Shown: positions 63,142-64,000 of the stretch, in pieces
How the letters are laid out: the number at the start of each line of letters is the position of its first letter
How positions within the stretch are numbered: the stretch's first letter is position 1
Origin: an uncultured Chloroflexia bacterium
GTDB lineage: Bacteria > Chloroflexota > Anaerolineae > CG2-30-64-16
Assembly: GCA_963774265.1 (NCBI GenBank)
Contig: CAVZDU010000001.1
Location: forward strand, 640,001 to 704,000
Length of the DNA stretch: 64,000 bases
Reading direction: 5' to 3'
Notes under the pieces: model-generated
Database searches by the model: none
Told to the model about the DNA's origin: nothing
The model's input: only the letters and a program-made list of their open reading frames with translations
Made by a program: the position numbers and the translations under genes

Positions 63142-63672
63142 ATGAATTCCTCGCAACGGTCTGCCTTGGGCGGTGGGCTGGTCCTGATCCTGATCGGTGC
63201 GCTGCTCCTGGTGGGCCAGCTCGTCCCCGGCGTTTGGTCGTGGCTTGATGCTTTTAGCTGGCCCCTCATCATCGTCGGCGTTGGCGTGCTCCTGTTGATC
63301 ATCGGCGTGCTGACGAATACGCCCGGCATGGCAGTTCCCGCTTGTATCGTCGGCGGGATTGGACTGCTGCTGTACTGGCAAAACCGCACGGGCGACTGGG
63401 GCAGTTGGGCCTATGCCTGGTCGTTGATCCCCGGCTTTGTCGGCATCGGAACGATCGTCATGGGGTTGTGGGAACGCAAGGGATCTGAAGTGCGCGGCGG
63501 GTTGTGGCTGGTGCTGATCAGCGCGATCATGTTCGTCGTCTTCGGCTCCTTCCTGGGTGGCCTGTTCGGCGGCAGCCTGGGGTTCATAGGCCGATGGTGG
63601 CCGGTGCTGTTGATCCTTGTCGGGGTGCTAAGCCTGGTCGACCACCTCGTCAAGGCCCGGCGTGCGGCGTGA
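63142..63672 (+). CDS. LiaF/DUF5668-like membrane protein
   Basis: Repeated GLVLILIG...WPLIIV and WWPVLLILVG TM hairpins. Confidence 0.75.
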   Translation: MNSSQRSALGGGLVLILIGALLLVGQLVPGVWSWLDAFSWPLIIVGVGVLLLIIGVLTNTPGMAVPACIVGGIGLLLYWQNRTGDWGSWAYAWSLIPGFVGIGTIVMGLWERKGSEVRGGLWLVLISAIMFVVFGSFLGGLFGGSLGFIGRWWPVLLILVGVLSLVDHLVKARRAA

Positions 63673-63684
63673 GGAGATCCGAAC

Positions 63685-64000
63685 ATGCGAAATGGTTCCG
63701 CTTTTTGGGCGATTGTCCTGATCGGGGGCGGCTGCCTGCTTCTGCTGGATAACTTCGGTCTGTTCAGTGGTTTGCGGTTCGGTATCTGGAACCTGATATG
63801 GCCGCTCTTTCTGATCCTGTTGGGCCTTTGGTTCATCTCGCGCATCTTCTGGCGCCCGGCGCCGACTGAGGCCGAGCATGTGAGCGTGCCTTTGGAAGGC
63901 GCAAGTCGCGCGGCGGTGGAATTGTCGCACGGGGCTGGTCAGTTGTCCCTGTCCGCGGGCGCGGATTCCGAGGTGCTAATGGCAGGCGACTTCGGTGGTG
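63685..64000 (+). CDS. LiaF-like membrane protein with a C-terminal beta domain (truncated by the window end)
   Basis: GAGGAG RBS; FWAIVLI...LLDNFG...IWPLFLILLG then HGAGQLSL. Confidence 0.7.
   Translation, partial: MRNGSAFWAIVLIGGGCLLLLDNFGLFSGLRFGIWNLIWPLFLILLGLWFISRIFWRPAPTEAEHVSVPLEGASRAAVELSHGAGQLSLSAGADSEVLMAGDFGG

Overview
High-GC bacterial chromosomal segment, probably Chloroflexota (Anaerolineae/Caldilineae-like; inferred from gene content, not from a search). Many genes, including gyrB, nuoCD, E1/E2 and lpdA, carry single-base frameshifts that look like long-read consensus errors, so I reconstructed split genes by eye. The backbone contains an ABC permease with ubiE/ubiX, DUF62-murA-cupin, gyrB, an MshA-like glycosyltransferase with a HAD phosphatase, msrPQ, pyk, an ATP-grasp/esterase pair, nth, an aldehyde dehydrogenase, a partial nuoB-CD-I cluster, mrp, a FadF-like oxidoreductase, a 2-oxoacid dehydrogenase operon with lipA, htrA and pspC/liaF-like genes. 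There are two accessory regions. The first (about 9.4-19.9 kb) is an arsenic/metal resistance island: two ArsR regulators, Acr3, ArsC, a two-domain ArsM and a CDF exporter. Inside it is an unexplained, translationally coupled module of a GcvH-like lipoyl carrier, two DGC zinc-binding proteins and an OsmC-family protein, flanked by two Fe-S-domain paralogs. This module is the best candidate for an undescribed system, possibly a lipoyl-based arsenite or thiol-redox relay. The second (about 45-50.1 kb) is a decayed insert with a GH3 gene, an intact IS1380-like element flanked by CTAG, a DUF433/PIN toxin-antitoxin pair and a probable tyrosine-recombinase remnant. I saw no rRNA, tRNA or CRISPR array.
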